Assembly (NCBI GenBank): GCA_963575745.1 | Contig: CAUYUJ010000048.1 | Span: 434,001-498,000 of the forward strand | Reading direction: 5' to 3' | Length of the DNA stretch: 64,000 nt | Origin: Prorocentrum cordatum | Lineage: Eukaryota | In this document: one piece after another, positions 63,080 to 64,000 of the stretch | Position numbering within the stretch: the stretch's first letter is position 1 | Layout of the letters: each line of letters starts with the position of its first letter | Translations under genes and position numbers: made by a program | Notes under the pieces: generated by a model | What the model saw: the letters and a program-made list of their open reading frames with translations, nothing else | The model's database searches: none | What the model was told of the DNA's origin: nothing

Positions 63080-64000
63080 GGGGCTCCCGCCTGAGACTTC
63101 CTCGCAATTCACTCACAGACGAGGCTCCCGCTCGAGATTTCCTCCATACTCAAGTCTCAAGAGCCCAAAAGTGACGACAGTTACACGTTGCGGATGACCC
63201 GCTCGGATTCAAACATGAAGTGCGGGCCCCATAGGGAGGGGGCTCCCGCCTGAGACTTCCTCACAATTCACTCATCGACGAGGCTCCCGCTCGAGACTTC
63301 CTCCATATTCAAGTCTCAAGAGCTCAAAAGTGACGACAGTTGCTCGTTGCGGATGACCCGCTCGGATTCAAACATGAAGTGCGGGCCCCATAGGCAGGGG
63401 GCTCCCGCCTGAGACTTCCTTACAATTTACTCACAGACGAGGCTCCCGCCTGATACTTCCTCCATATTCAGGCCTCAAGAGCCCAAAAGTGACGACAGTT
63501 ACACGTTGCGGATGACCCGCTCGGATTCAAACATGAAGTGCGGGCCCCATAGGGAGGGGGCTCCCGCCTGAGACTTCTTCGCAATTCACTCACAGACGAG
63601 GCTCCCGGTCGAGACTTCCTTCACATTCAAGTTTCAAGAGCCCAAAAGTGACGACAGTTGCACGTTGCGGATGACCCGCTCGGATTCAAACATCAAGTGC
63701 GGGCCCCATAGGGAGGGGGCTCCCGCCTGAGACTTCCTCGCAATTCACTCACAGACGAGGCTCCCGCTCGAGACTTCCTCCATATTCAAGTCTCAAGAGC
63801 TCAAAAGTGACGACAGTTGCACGTTGCGGATGACCCGCTCGGATTCAAACATGAAGCGCGGGCCCCATAGGGAGGGGGCTCCCGCCTGAGACTTCCTCGC
63901 AATTCACTCACAGACGAGGCTCCCGCTCGAGACTTCCTCCATATTCATATCTCAATAGCCCAAAAGTGACGACAGTTGCACGTTGCGGATGACCCGCTCG
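63080..64000. repeat. 159-bp tandem satellite, at least 5.8 copies, running off the window
   Basis: GACCCGCTCG recurs at 63196, 63355, 63514 and onward to 63991. Confidence 0.97.

Noticed and set aside
1..64000. tRNA or rRNA genes
   Set aside because: No cloverleaf or conserved rRNA segment was recognised by eye. A covariance-model search was not possible.

Overview
GC-rich, repeat-saturated eukaryotic DNA, most likely from a dinoflagellate. This is inferred from a relic dinoflagellate spliced leader, apparent GC/GA splice donors and a plastid-type bipartite leader. Most long ORFs in the track are artefacts of (GGA)n, (CAGCCT)n, (GAT)n and minisatellite arrays. One clear host gene is present: a probably plastid-targeted transaldolase (3809-6295, +) with a relic spliced leader and one microsatellite-filled intron. 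The main feature is a 17.9-kb DNA transposon (26211-44095) with 24-bp terminal inverted repeats, AT-rich subterminal repeats and a TA target-site duplication. It sits inside the right TIR of a small MITE that has five other copies in the window. It carries a CACTA/Mirage/Plavaka-like DDE transposase and about six co-oriented cargo genes. By motif inspection only, these include a ParB-like + degenerate SET-like protein, an AP2-like protein and a Lys/Ala-rich Cys4 protein. The element holds dozens of GCTGCAGC-centred palindromes whose arms vary in sequence but stay self-complementary, and these are rare in the flanks. The rest is MITEs, satellites, local duplications and degraded mobile-element fragments. 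No domain call was confirmed by a database search.
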